64,000 nt of DNA, taken from the NCBI GenBank assembly GCA_965204755.1, contig OZ242011.1, positions 192,001-256,000 on the forward strand, written 5' to 3'. The notes below the pieces were generated by a model that did no database searches, had not been told where the DNA came from, and worked only from the letters and a program-made list of their open reading frames with translations. The DNA comes from Candidatus Marinacidobacterium sp. Lineage in GTDB: Bacteria; Acidobacteriota; Vicinamibacteria; Marinacidobacterales; Marinacidobacteraceae. The translations under genes and the position numbers were made by a program. Below, in pieces: positions 38,707 to 48,596 of the stretch; position 1 is the stretch's first letter, and the number at the start of each line of letters is the position of its first letter.

Positions 38707-41193
38707 TCAGTCCTGCGGGGTCAGGAAATCGTCGAGGCGTTGGCGGGCGGCGGTGAAGCGCTCGCGGATGCGCGGGGCGGCGTCGCCATAGACCTCGGCG
38801 ACTCGCGCTTCGGCGACATCGAGGGCGCGGAGGAGGTCGGCGGCGGCGCGGGCGGCGGCGGACGGGTCGCGGCTGCCGACTTCTCCGATCCAGACCGGGG
38901 AGGTTTGGGCGAAGACCGAGCCGTTCATTCCCGGCCAGGACTCCTCGCCGCCGTGCGCCCGCGCGGCGATCCAGCCGCCGGAGGGGATCGCGAGTTCGCC
39001 GGAGAGTTCGCGGCGGCCGGCCTCCGGGAGCCCGGCGAGGGTTTCCACGACTTCGCCGTTCACGAGGAGATCCACCTGCTCGACCGGGCCGGCGGAGGCG
39101 AGAGTCAAGCGCCAGGAAACGGCGCCGTCCGACGAGGGATCGACCGGGATCGCGCCGCCGGGGCGCTCGTCTTCGACGAAGAAGTCGAGCAGCGGCCCGG
39201 TGGTGACGAAACTCCGGCCGGCGCGCAGCGCGTCCAGGTACGAACCGACCCGGAACGGGCCGGGCGCGTACACATAGATCCGCGTCGCACCGACGGCCAT
39301 CGTGCGGTGGTAGTCGAGCATCACATCGGTCCCGGCGGACGCCGCCACCGGGAGACCCAGGTTCAGGAAGCGGTGCCACAGTTCCGCGGTTCCGACTTCG
39401 CTGGTCCAAAGGCACGCGACTTCCAGGGCGTCCAGGTCGCCGAGCACGGCGTCCGGGATCACGCTCACCGGGATGGCGCGGAGGCCGCGGTCGCTCCCGA
39501 ACGGATCGGCGATGGAAACCGGGTGCATGTAGGCGCTCACTCCCCCCTGCCGCCGGGAGTGGGCGAGCACGTCCGCGTTCGGGCGGTCGTCCTCCGCGTA
39601 CACCGGATACCCCGGCCCCCAGAACCAGGGCCAAAACGCGCTCTCGATCCCGATGAGACCGAGGTGCCCCAGGAAGTGGGAGCGGATCTCCTGCCCGAAG
39701 AGGATCGCCGGCGTCCGGGCCAGCCGCCGGTCGGCGAAGAACTCGGTGTCGTTCCGGCGGTGGTGGAGGTTCGCCATGAGCGGCGTGCCGAAGTCCAGGT
39801 CCTCCGCCGCGAGCAGCAGCGCGAGGTCGTCCGGGTCGAGCCGGGTCGGGCCGCCGTAGTTCAGGTGGAAGTGGTGGTCGCCGGACCGGTAACCGGCGGC
39901 GAGCGCGTCGAACACCGGATCGAAGACCAACTCGACTTCCGCGGTCTCGCCGGGCGCGACGGCTACCGTCGCCGAGACCGCGGGGCTCGCGAGCCCGCGG
40001 GCCGCGGTGACCCGCGCCTCGTTCCCGGCCCCGAGGGGGACGACCACCTCGATCACTCCCGGCGAGTAGAAGTAGATGCGCCCGTGCGTGCCGTCGAACC
40101 GGGGGAACGCCTCCTCGGCGACCGCGGGGTGCCCTTCCGGCCCCAGCACCGCGAGCCGCGCCGGGACCGGCGCCTCCGCGCCGGCGCTCCGCGTCGTGAC
40201 GCGCACCCGCCCGACGGGCGCCCCGAAGTCCCAGGAGCGCACCGGGACTTCCTCGACCGGGCCGCCGCGCGCGCTCACCCGGCGGAGACGGAACCGCTCC
40301 TCCTCGTCCGCCTCGGTATAGACGATCCAGTCCCCCGACTCGTCGGAAGCCATCGCCGGGGCGAGCGGCAGGCCCCGCGCCTCGGTGAGTTCCATCGGGT
40401 CGCCGGTCGCCGGATCCACCAGGAACAGCCGGTAGCCGTCGCCTCCGTCCCCGGCCGGCCAGTTCACCGCCGCGAACCGCCCGCTCGCCGCCGCCCCGGG
40501 CCGCGCCTGGGAAGCGATGGATTCGCCGCGCAGCGCCCGTTCGGCGCCGTCGCTCTCGCGCAGGATCAGTTCGTCCGGCGACGAACGCCCCTTCGCCAGG
40601 TAGATCAGCCGGCCGCCGGCGAGCGGCTGCGGGCGGACTTCGAGGCCGCGCCGGGAGGTCAGCCGCGCCGGTTCGCCGGTCGCGAGCGACAGTTGCCAGA
40701 TGTCGAGGTCGCCGGCGGTGGCGGCGCTGAAGAAGACCGACTCGCCGTCGGGCGACCACGCCGGGTCGAGGAGGATCGAGGCGTCCTCGAACAGGAGCGA
40801 CTCCTCGCCGCTCCCGAGGTCGAGCCGCCAGAGGGAGAGCGACTCGGTGTCGTCCCGCAGGAACGCGATCTCCCCGCCGTCCGGATGCCAGGACGGGCGC
40901 GAGTCGAGCGCCGCGCCGGAGGTCAGCCGCCGGGCGACGCCGGTGTCCGGGTCGAGGAGCCAGAGCCAGCCCCGGGCGGCGAAGGCGATCCGCTTCCCGT
41001 CCGGCGACGGCGCGGGATCCGTCGGCCCGGCGGCGAGGATCGGGAGTTCGAACCCCTCCACATAGACATGGTGGGAGTAGCCCTCCAGTTTCGGGTAGCG
41101 GTTCGTCCACTGCGCCGCGACCGCCGACGGGACGAACAGGGAAACGAGCAGGCCGGCCGCGGCGGCCGTCCCGAAGCGGGCGGATCCGGTCAT
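38707..41193 (-). CDS. Secreted TolB/WD40-like beta-propeller plus CehA/McbA (PHP-like) metallohydrolase
   Basis: Signal peptide, PSPDG/PSWHPDG/PAWSPDG PD40 repeats, SGDHHFHLNYGG, GQEIRSHFLGH, YMHP, AGTD, GRSFVTTGPLL. Confidence 0.85.
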   Translation of the reverse strand: MTGSARFGTAAAAGLLVSLFVPSAVAAQWTNRYPKLEGYSHHVYVEGFELPILAAGPTDPAPSPDGKRIAFAARGWLWLLDPDTGVARRLTSGAALDSRPSWHPDGGEIAFLRDDTESLSLWRLDLGSGEESLLFEDASILLDPAWSPDGESVFFSAATAGDLDIWQLSLATGEPARLTSRRGLEVRPQPLAGGRLIYLAKGRSSPDELILRESDGAERALRGESIASQARPGAAASGRFAAVNWPAGDGGDGYRLFLVDPATGDPMELTEARGLPLAPAMASDESGDWIVYTEADEEERFRLRRVSARGGPVEEVPVRSWDFGAPVGRVRVTTRSAGAEAPVPARLAVLGPEGHPAVAEEAFPRFDGTHGRIYFYSPGVIEVVVPLGAGNEARVTAARGLASPAVSATVAVAPGETAEVELVFDPVFDALAAGYRSGDHHFHLNYGGPTRLDPDDLALLLAAEDLDFGTPLMANLHHRRNDTEFFADRRLARTPAILFGQEIRSHFLGHLGLIGIESAFWPWFWGPGYPVYAEDDRPNADVLAHSRRQGGVSAYMHPVSIADPFGSDRGLRAIPVSVIPDAVLGDLDALEVACLWTSEVGTAELWHRFLNLGLPVAASAGTDVMLDYHRTMAVGATRIYVYAPGPFRVGSYLDALRAGRSFVTTGPLLDFFVEDERPGGAIPVDPSSDGAVSWRLTLASAGPVEQVDLLVNGEVVETLAGLPEAGRRELSGELAIPSGGWIAARAHGGEESWPGMNGSVFAQTSPVWIGEVGSRDPSAAARAAADLLRALDVAEARVAEVYGDAAPRIRERFTAARQRLDDFLTPQD

Positions 41194-41194
41194 C

Positions 41195-41986
41195 TCAGTC
41201 AGCCTCCCCTTTCGGCGCGGAGGGTTCGGCGGCGCCGGACGCCGGCAGGTCGGTGACGAACATGTGCCCCGGCGCGTGGGCGATCAGGGTCTCCGGCCCG
41301 GCGTTCCGCGCCGCGACTTGGGAGGTGACGCCGCAGGCCCAGAACACCGGGACCTCTCCCGGCAGGAGCCCCCCGTCCACCCCGAAGTCCGGCCGCGAGA
41401 AGTCGGCGATCCCCAGCGCCGCCGGGTCGCCGGCGTGCACCGGGGCGCCGTGGGCGAGCGGGAACCGGCCGCTGACCGCCACCGCCTCCTCGACCCGTTC
41501 CTCCGGGATCGGGCGCATGGAGACCACCAGCGGCCCCCGGAACGGCCCGGCCGGTTCGCATTCCCGGTTCGTCACATACATCGGCACGACCCGCCCTTCG
41601 TCCTGGTGCCGGAGCCGGATGCCGCGCTCCACCAGGGCGGCCTCGAACCCGAAACTGCAGCCGAGCAGGAACGCCGCGAAGTCCTCCCCCCAGAACTCGG
41701 CGGCGCTCTCCGTCTCGATCGCCGGTTCCCCGCCCCGCCACACCCGGTAGCGCGGCAGGTCCGACCGGAGGTCCGCTCCCGGCGCCACTTCGCCCGGAAA
41801 CGGCCCCGGGACCGCGGCGAGCAGCGGACAGGGCCGGGGGTTCCGCTCGCAGAACCTCTCGAAGTCCGCGGCGAGCGCCCCGGGCAGCGCCACCAGGTTC
41901 GCCTGCGCGAATCCCGGACACTCCCCGGAGGTCCCGCCCCGGAAGGCCCCGCTCCGGCAGGCGGCGCGAAGGTCGGCGGGGCGCAT
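41195..41986 (-). CDS. DUF1445/YcsI putative hydro-lyase (D-glutamate cyclase family)
   Basis: QANLV, FCERNPRPCPLL, DLRSDLPRY, GCSFGFE, VVSMRP, HGAPVH, PVFWACGVT, HAPGHMFVTD. Confidence 0.92.
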   Translation of the reverse strand: MRPADLRAACRSGAFRGGTSGECPGFAQANLVALPGALAADFERFCERNPRPCPLLAAVPGPFPGEVAPGADLRSDLPRYRVWRGGEPAIETESAAEFWGEDFAAFLLGCSFGFEAALVERGIRLRHQDEGRVVPMYVTNRECEPAGPFRGPLVVSMRPIPEERVEEAVAVSGRFPLAHGAPVHAGDPAALGIADFSRPDFGVDGGLLPGEVPVFWACGVTSQVAARNAGPETLIAHAPGHMFVTDLPASGAAEPSAPKGEAD

Positions 41987-42072
41987 GGGGCGGGCAACCT
42001 TATCCGCCCCGGCCCCTCGGCCCCCCGGCCCTCCCGCGCCGACTTTCCGCCGGGTTTCGGCGGGCGCCCGGC

Positions 42073-42081
42073 TGTTATACT
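42073..42081 (+). promoter_or_regulatory. Candidate extended -10 promoter for the rplM operon
   Basis: TGtTATACT about 150 nt upstream of rplM in a divergent intergenic region. Confidence 0.5.
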
Positions 42082-42228
42082 CATCCGGTTCGGGCGGCGC
42101 CGCGATCCAGCGGGTTCCGGGTGCGAGGAAGCGCCGGGAACTGCCAGGAGCGCGGATCGCCCGGATTTTTTTATCCGCCCTCGACCCCCCTCCCGACTCC
42201 CGACCCCGACTCCCTCCCGGACCCCGAC

Positions 42229-42738
42229 TTGTCCCGCTCCGCGAGCACGACCTTCCTCCGCGCGGCGGACCTCCGCCGCCGCTGGTTCGTGGTGGACGCG
42301 GAGGACGAGGTGCTCGGCCGGCTGGCCACCCGCGTGGCCCGCGTGCTCATCGGAAAGCACAAGCCCTCCTGGACGCCGTTCCTGGACTGCGGCGACCATG
42401 TGGTGGTGATCAACGCCGGGCGCGTCCGGCTCACCGGGCGCAAGGAAGAGGGCAAGACTTACTACCGGCAGAGCGGCCGCCCCGGCGGCTTGAAGTCGAG
42501 GACGGCGGCGCAGGTGCGGAAGGCGCATCCGGAGCGGCTGGTCGAGAGCGCCGTCCGGGGGATGCTCCCCAAGAACCGCCTGGGGCGGGCGCAGTTCGGC
42601 AAACTCAAGGTCTATGCCGGCGCCGAGCACCCCCACGAGGCGCAGACGCCGGAGCCCCTGCCGGACTTCCTCCGGCAGAAGAAGACCGCCGCGGAGACCC
42701 TCGGGAAGACCGCCGCCGGTTCGCCGGCGTCCGCCTGA
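42229..42738 (+). CDS. rplM: 50S ribosomal protein L13
   Basis: WFVVDA..VLGRLA, GKHKP.WTP.LDCGDHVVVINA, AVRGMLPKNRLGR, HPHEAQ; TTG start at 42229 inferred. Confidence 0.97.
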   Translation: MSRSASTTFLRAADLRRRWFVVDAEDEVLGRLATRVARVLIGKHKPSWTPFLDCGDHVVVINAGRVRLTGRKEEGKTYYRQSGRPGGLKSRTAAQVRKAHPERLVESAVRGMLPKNRLGRAQFGKLKVYAGAEHPHEAQTPEPLPDFLRQKKTAAETLGKTAAGSPASA

Positions 42739-43130
42739 TGTCCGCTCCGGTCGCCTACGGCACGGGCAAGCGCAAGTGCTCGATCGCCCGGGTGTACCTG
42801 CGCGAGGGCGAGGGCCACATCCTGGTGAACCACCGCTCGCTCGCCGACTACTTCCCCCGCGAGACCAACCGCAACCTGGTCGTCCAGCCGCTGCTCGCCA
42901 CCGAGCAGGGCAAGCGGTTCGATGTGGATGTCCGGGTCAAGGGCGGCGGGCTCTCCGGCCAGGCCGCCGCCGTGCGGCTGGGCATCGCCCGGGCGCTCAG
43001 CGACTCCGACGCGCGCCTCCGCCCGGAACTCAAGCGCCGGGGCTTCCTGACCCGGGACGCCCGCCGCAAGGAGCGCAAGAAGTACGGCCAGCCGGGCGCG
43101 CGCAAGCGCTTCCAGTACTCGAAGCGCTGA
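42738..43130 (+). CDS. rpsI: 30S ribosomal protein S9
   Basis: YGTGKRK, VKGGGLSGQAAAVRLGIARAL, ERKKYGQPGARKRFQYSKR. Confidence 0.98.
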   Translation: MSAPVAYGTGKRKCSIARVYLREGEGHILVNHRSLADYFPRETNRNLVVQPLLATEQGKRFDVDVRVKGGGLSGQAAAVRLGIARALSDSDARLRPELKRRGFLTRDARRKERKKYGQPGARKRFQYSKR

Positions 43131-43262
43131 CGGGACTCGCCGTGGACCGCGCCAGCGCCGCCGGCAGTACGCGCTCCCTCTCCCCCCGCCGGAGATGACC
43201 CCGTTCGCGGCCGCCCGGCCGGCGCCCGCCGCCCCCGGGGCGGCGAAGGTTCGGTGAGCGGC

Positions 43263-44174
43263 ATGTCCTCCACCGTGACCATGAAGGAACTGCTGGAGGC
43301 GGGCCTCCACTTCGGCCACGAGACCAAGTGGTGGAACCCGCGGATGCGGCCCTACATCTACGGCCAGAAGAGCGGCATCCACATCGTGGACCTCCGCCAG
43401 ACGCTCCCGCTGTTCCGCAGCGCGCTGAACTTCGTCTCGCGGCTGGGCGCCGAGGGCAAGACCGTGCTCTTCGTCGGCACGAAGCGGCAGGCGCAGGAAG
43501 TCGTCGCCGCCGAGGCCGCGCGGGTGGACGCGTTCTATGTGAACCACCGCTGGCTGGGCGGCCTGCTGACGAACTTCGCCACGATCCGGAAGAGCGTGGC
43601 CCGGCTGCTGGAACTCCGGGAGATCATCGAGAGCGCGGACTTCAGCCGGTTCTCCAACAAGGCTTGGTCCCGGCTGGACAAGCGCCGCCGGCGGCTCGAG
43701 AAGACCCTCGCCGGGATCGAGAAGATGGAGCGCCTGCCCGACGCGGTCTGCATCGTGGACCCGAAGAACGAGATGATCGCCGTCCAGGAGGCGCGCAAAC
43801 TGGGGATCCCGATCGTCGCCATGGTGGACACCGACTGCGACCCGGACCTCATCGATTTCGTGATCCCGGGCAACGACGACGCGCTGCGCGCCATCCGGCT
43901 GTTCACCTCGCGCCTCGCCTCCGCCTTCGAGGAGGGCCGGCAGATGCTCGGCGCAGCGCCCTTCGACTCCGTCGAAGCCGACCTCGAAGCGAACGGCGGC
44001 GGCCCGGAGGGAGGCGGGGCTGAGGGCGGCGCCGCGCCGGACGCCCCCGCGCCCGGCCCTTCCCCGGCGCCCGCCGCCGGCGCCCCGTCCGCGCCGGCCG
44101 GGCCGACGCCGTCCGCCGCGCCGACGCCTTCCGCCGCGCCGACGCCGTCCGCCGGGCCGACCCCGCCGGGCTGA
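43263..44174 (+). CDS. rpsB: 30S ribosomal protein S2 with Pro/Ala-rich C-terminal tail
   Basis: MKELLEAGLHFGH, WNPRM, FVGTKRQA, RWLGGLLTNF, DTDCDPD, IPGNDDA. Confidence 0.98.
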   Translation: MSSTVTMKELLEAGLHFGHETKWWNPRMRPYIYGQKSGIHIVDLRQTLPLFRSALNFVSRLGAEGKTVLFVGTKRQAQEVVAAEAARVDAFYVNHRWLGGLLTNFATIRKSVARLLELREIIESADFSRFSNKAWSRLDKRRRRLEKTLAGIEKMERLPDAVCIVDPKNEMIAVQEARKLGIPIVAMVDTDCDPDLIDFVIPGNDDALRAIRLFTSRLASAFEEGRQMLGAAPFDSVEADLEANGGGPEGGGAEGGAAPDAPAPGPSPAPAAGAPSAPAGPTPSAAPTPSAAPTPSAGPTPPG

Positions 44175-44268
44175 GTCCTCCCTCCCGACCGCAAGGCAAA
44201 CCCCTTCCTTCGCGCCGCCCCGCGGCGTTTCCCCATCCCGGCCCGAAGCAACGGCCCCCGCCCCCGCC

Positions 44269-44898
44269 ATGCCCCCGATCACCGCCCGGCAAGTCAAGGA
44301 ACTCCGCGACCTCACCGGCGCCGGGTTCGCCGACTGCAAGAAGGCGCTCGCCGACGCGGACGGGGACCGGGACGCCGCCGTCCGGCTGCTGCGCGAGAAG
44401 GGCGCGGCCGCCGCCGAAGGCCGGGCCGGGCGCGCCACCGGCGAGGGGATCGTCCACGCCTACATCCACCACGGCCGCATCGGGGTGATGGTGGAACTGG
44501 CCTGCGAGACCGACTTCGTCGCCCGGAACGAGAAGTTCCGCGAACTGGCGAACGACATCGCCATCCACATCGCGAGCAACTTCCCGGCGCCGGCCCGCTG
44601 GGTGGGCCGCGGCGAAGTCCCGGAGGCGGTGGTCGCCGACGAGACCGCGCTCATCCGGGCGCAACTGGCCAAGGACCCGAAGAACGCCAAGAAGCCGGAG
44701 GCGATCCTCGACCGGATCGTGAACGGCAAACTGGAGCGGTTCCTGGCGGAGCGCGTCCTCCTCGAACAGCAGTACGCGCTCGACGACTCGAAGAAGATGA
44801 CCGTCGCCGACCGGGTGACCGAGGCGGCGACCGCCATCAAGGAAAACCTGCGCGTCGTCCGCTTCGTCCGCTTCGAGCGCGGAGAAGCCGCCGGCTGA
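44269..44898 (+). CDS. tsf: Elongation factor Ts (short form)
   Basis: VKELRDLTGAG..DCKKAL, EGIVHAYIH, CETDFVA, VVRFVRFERGE. Confidence 0.97.
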   Translation: MPPITARQVKELRDLTGAGFADCKKALADADGDRDAAVRLLREKGAAAAEGRAGRATGEGIVHAYIHHGRIGVMVELACETDFVARNEKFRELANDIAIHIASNFPAPARWVGRGEVPEAVVADETALIRAQLAKDPKNAKKPEAILDRIVNGKLERFLAERVLLEQQYALDDSKKMTVADRVTEAATAIKENLRVVRFVRFERGEAAG

Positions 44899-44950
44899 CC
44901 ATCCCGACCGGCCGGCCGGCGAGGCCGAATCCGGCCCGGCGAGACCCCTC

Positions 44951-45658
44951 ATGAGCCGGCCCCCGCGAGCGCTGCTGAAACTCTCCGGGCAGGCGCTCGG
45001 CGCGCCGGGGGAGACCGGCATCTCCACCGAGCGGGTGGAGGAGATGGCGGCGACCGTCGGCGCCATCCACCGGGACGGCGTCGAAATCGCCTGCATGATC
45101 GGCGGCGGCAACATCTTCCGGGGCCTCGGCTCGGAGGCGCGGGGCATGGACCGGGTCACCGCCGACTCCATGGGAATGCTGGCCACGCTCATCAACGCGC
45201 TCGCCCTCCAGGACGCGCTGGAGAAGCAGGGCTGCGAGACCCGGCTCCTCTCCGCGATCACCGTGCGCCAGGTGGCCGAGCCGTTCATCCGCCGGGTCGC
45301 GCTCCGGCACCTGGAGAAGCGGCGCATCGTCCTCTTCGCCGCCGGCACCGGGAACCCCTACTTCTCGACGGACACCGCGGCGGCGCTCCGGGCGAACGAG
45401 ATCCGCGCCGGGATCCTCATCAAGGCGACGCGGGTCCCGGGCGTCTTCACCGGCGACCCGGAGCGGGACCCGGAGGCGAAGCCCATCCGCCGGCTGACCT
45501 GGATGGAAGCCATCAGCCAGAAACTGCGATTCATGGACACGACGGCGATTTCGCTCTGCATGGAGAACTCCCTGCCGATCGTCGTCTGCCACCAGGAAGA
45601 TCTCCGCCGGGCGGCGAGCGGCGCCGATGTGGGGACGCGCGTGGGGCCTCCGGAGTAA
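44951..45658 (+). CDS. pyrH: Uridylate kinase
   Basis: LLKLSGQAL, GGGNIFRG, DSMGMLATLINAL, GTGNPYFSTDTAAALRA. Confidence 0.97.
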   Translation: MSRPPRALLKLSGQALGAPGETGISTERVEEMAATVGAIHRDGVEIACMIGGGNIFRGLGSEARGMDRVTADSMGMLATLINALALQDALEKQGCETRLLSAITVRQVAEPFIRRVALRHLEKRRIVLFAAGTGNPYFSTDTAAALRANEIRAGILIKATRVPGVFTGDPERDPEAKPIRRLTWMEAISQKLRFMDTTAISLCMENSLPIVVCHQEDLRRAASGADVGTRVGPPE

Positions 45659-45717
45659 CGCCCCGCCCCGCGGCCGCCGCCCGACCGCCCGAACACTCCT
45701 CCCGGGAGGAAGACACC

Positions 45718-46278
45718 ATGACCACCCATCCGATCCTCGAAGAGTCCGGACGCCGCATGGACAAGACCGTCGAGATCTTCGAGCAGGAACTCGCCACCGT
45801 CCGCACCGGCCGCGCCTCGGTAACCCTGCTCGACTCGGTGCGGGTGGACTACTACGGGCAGTTGCTGCCGCTGAACCAGGTCGCCACCCTGAACACCCCG
45901 GACGCCAGCACGATCACCGTCCAGCCCTGGGAGCGGAACATGCTCGCGCCGGTGGACCGCGCCATCCGCGCCGCCGACCTCGACCTGAACCCGTCCTCGG
46001 ACGGCAACCTGCTGCGCATCCCCATTCCTCCGCTCAGCCGGGAGCGCCGCCAACAACTGGCGAAGACCATCAACCGGATGGCGGAGGAGCACAAGAACGC
46101 GCTGCGCCAGGTGCGGCGCGACGCGAACACGCGGCTGAAGCGGCTGGCGAAGGACAAGGAACTTTCCGACGACCAGGAGCATGATCTCGAAGGAGAGGTC
46201 CAGCGGGCCACCGACGCCCATGTGAAGCGCATCACCGACCTCGCCGCGCGCAAGGAAGCGAGCGTCCTCTCCGTCTGA
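45718..46278 (+). CDS. frr: Ribosome recycling factor
   Basis: VRTGRAS, VDYYG, PLNQVA, LNPSSDG, RQVRRDAN; GGAGG RBS. Confidence 0.97.
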   Translation: MTTHPILEESGRRMDKTVEIFEQELATVRTGRASVTLLDSVRVDYYGQLLPLNQVATLNTPDASTITVQPWERNMLAPVDRAIRAADLDLNPSSDGNLLRIPIPPLSRERRQQLAKTINRMAEEHKNALRQVRRDANTRLKRLAKDKELSDDQEHDLEGEVQRATDAHVKRITDLAARKEASVLSV

Positions 46279-46364
46279 CGCCCTCCGCCCGCCCTTCACC
46301 CCGCGCCCGCCGCTCGCCCTCCCGGACGCAGCGCCGCGCAGCGCCCCCGCCCCGCCCCGAAAGC

Positions 46365-47570
46365 ATGTCCGAAACCCCGTATTCCTTCCTGACGCGCCTC
46401 GAGTGCTCGATGACCGGCAAGCCGCACGACGCCGGCCGCTCGCAGAACCTCTCGGACGACAACTACCCGCTGCTCGCGCGATACGACCTCGCCGCCGCCC
46501 GCGAGTCGTTCACCCCGGAGTCGCTGCGCGACCGCCCGTTCGACCTGTGGCGGTACCACGAGGTATTGCCCATCCGGGAAGAGCGCCACTGCGTGAAACT
46601 CGGCGAAGGCGGCACCCCCCTCCACCGCGCCCCGCGGCTCGAAGCCGAACTCGGCGTCGGCGAACTCCACATCAAGGACGAGGGGATGAACCCGACGGGC
46701 AGTTTCAAGGACCGCGGGTTGTGTCTCGCCGTCTCCGCCGCCTACCAGTTCGGCGCGCCCGAAGTGGCGCTCCCCTCGGCGGGGAACGCCGGCGGCGCCG
46801 CGGCCGCCTACGCCGCCCGCGCCGGGATGAACTGCGTGGTCGCCGTCCCCCGCGACTGCCCGGAGGTGAACCGCATCGAGGCGTCGGTGTACGGCGCGGA
46901 AGTCCATACCGTGGACGGACTCATCTCCGACGCCGGGAAACTCATCGCCGAGATGGCGGCGGAGCGCGGCCTCTTCGAGTTGGCGACGCTCAAGGAGCCG
47001 TTCCGCATCGAAGGCAAGAAGACCATGGCCTACGAGGTCTTCGAACAACTCGGCCGCGTCCCCGAGGTCATCCTCTACCCCACCGGCGGCGGCACCGGGC
47101 TCATCGGCATGTGGAAGGCCTTCGCCGAGATGGAGCAGTTGGGCTGGATCGGCCCGGAACGACCGCGCATGGTGTCCGTCCAGGCGGAAGGCTGCGCGCC
47201 CATACCCCGCGCCTACGAAGCCGGCGAGGAGTCGGCGCCGCTGTGGGAGAACGCCCGGACGGTAGCGTCGGGGCTTCGCGTGCCGAAGGCCCTCGGCGAC
47301 TTCCTCATCCTCCGCGCCGTCCGCGAGAGCGGCGGAACCGCCATCGCGGTCAGCGACGACGACCTGATGCGCGACGCCCGCCGCATCGCCTCCGCCGAAG
47401 GCATCTTCGCCGCCCCGGAAGGCGGCGCCTGCCTGACGGCGCTGCGGCGGATGCGCGAATCCGGCGCCGTGTCTTCCGAGGACACCGTCGTCCTCTTCAA
47501 CACGGGCACCGGCGCCAAGTATGTGGAAGCCTTCCTCGGCGGCGCCGCCCCGGCCCACGCCGAGATCTGA
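46365..47570 (+). CDS. thrC: Threonine synthase
   Basis: LWRY, LGEGGTPL, NPTGSFKDRG (PLP Lys), SAGNAG, EGKKTM, PTGGGTG, PEGGA, FNTGTG.KY. Confidence 0.93.
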   Translation: MSETPYSFLTRLECSMTGKPHDAGRSQNLSDDNYPLLARYDLAAARESFTPESLRDRPFDLWRYHEVLPIREERHCVKLGEGGTPLHRAPRLEAELGVGELHIKDEGMNPTGSFKDRGLCLAVSAAYQFGAPEVALPSAGNAGGAAAAYAARAGMNCVVAVPRDCPEVNRIEASVYGAEVHTVDGLISDAGKLIAEMAAERGLFELATLKEPFRIEGKKTMAYEVFEQLGRVPEVILYPTGGGTGLIGMWKAFAEMEQLGWIGPERPRMVSVQAEGCAPIPRAYEAGEESAPLWENARTVASGLRVPKALGDFLILRAVRESGGTAIAVSDDDLMRDARRIASAEGIFAAPEGGACLTALRRMRESGAVSSEDTVVLFNTGTGAKYVEAFLGGAAPAHAEI

Positions 47571-47598
47571 CCCGCCTCGACCCGATGGAGCAGCCCGC

Positions 47599-48030
47599 AT
47601 GATCGCCACGACCATCGCGATCGCGCTCCTCGCCGCGCAACCGCCGACCGGCGGCGCCCGCTCGCCGTCCGGCGGCTGGTTCGCGGCCGCGCTCTCCCGC
47701 CCCCAGCCCCGGCCCCCGACCTGCCACAGCGGCCCGGCCCTCGAAGTCCCTGTCGCGGCGGGAACGCGAATCCATGTTCGTCGGCTCGCCCGCCGCAACG
47801 GAAACAAGACGCTCGATCTGCTCTCGGTGGACCGACGCCAGCCGATCACCCTCGACTGCGCGCGAGTCAGCCGACGCAGGAACTCCGTGGCCTTCGCCTG
47901 GAAACACCGGGGCGAACGCTGCCGGGAGCGGTACCGGCTCGTCTTCGAGGTCGCCGGCGACCCGGATTCCGGCGGCCCGAAACGCTGCGCGGTGCCGATC
48001 CGCCCGGTGCGGGAGGACACCCGGCACTGA
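47599..48030 (+). CDS. Hypothetical secreted protein
   Basis: GGAG RBS then ATG 47599, hydrophobic N-terminus, four Cys. Confidence 0.5.
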   Translation: MIATTIAIALLAAQPPTGGARSPSGGWFAAALSRPQPRPPTCHSGPALEVPVAAGTRIHVRRLARRNGNKTLDLLSVDRRQPITLDCARVSRRRNSVAFAWKHRGERCRERYRLVFEVAGDPDSGGPKRCAVPIRPVREDTRH

Positions 48031-48060
48031 CCCTTACCGCCGTACGGGGACGAAAAGACG

Positions 48061-48122
48061 ACGGTCCGCAAACTCATCGAGGTGGCGCTGCCCCTCGATG
48101 ACATCAACCGGACGGCGGCGCG
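48061..48122 (+). pseudogene. Truncated 5' fragment of a DUF1156 DNA methylase
   Basis: 56/62 nt identical to 50121-50182; reads TVRKLIEVALPLDDINRTAAR. Confidence 0.85.
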
Positions 48123-48328
48123 CGGCCGCCGAGGCCGAGGTCGCCGCCCGCCGCACCCCGGAGGGGTTGCCGCCGCGCGACTTCCCGACGCTGATCCAGC
48201 ACCTCGGGCCCCTCACCCTCAACACCGTCCGCGCCCCCGGCCGGAACGCCTCCTTCCCGATGCGCGCGAACCCTACCCGGCTCCGGGCAACGGCCTTCGA
48301 CCTGCTCCGCCTTTCCGCCTCCGCGTAG
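48121..48328 (+). mobile_element. IS1634-like transposase C-terminal remnant
   Basis: AARRTPEGLPPRDFPTLIQHLGPLTLNTVR...PTRLRATAFDLL resembles the IS1634-type tail (RTxDGLPVHSFxTLLxxLxTLTRNT...PTxLQxRAFxLL), recognised from memory. Confidence 0.65.
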
Positions 48329-48596
48329 CCAGCCCCGAACACCCCCCGCTTCCCGGATCCCCCGTCCGTTCCTGGACTTCCGACCTCTTGCCCCTTGGAA
48401 CTTCCGCCGAGACGGACGCCATCGAGAGGGCGTTCCCCCTTCTCGACGAACCGATGACTTTCCTCGCCATCGCAGGCTTCGGCGCGACCGGGCCGGCGGG
48501 CAACATCCGCCGCGACTCCGAGCGCGCCGCCGAAAACGACTTCCGCGCGTTTTTCCGAGGCGTCGGCATCTACACGATGTCGGGGCGACTCCACGC

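Noticed and set aside
43131-43262. rpsB leader RNA or tRNA in ribosomal-operon spacers
   Set aside because: GC-rich stems are present, but I could not match them to a known RNA motif or a cloverleaf.
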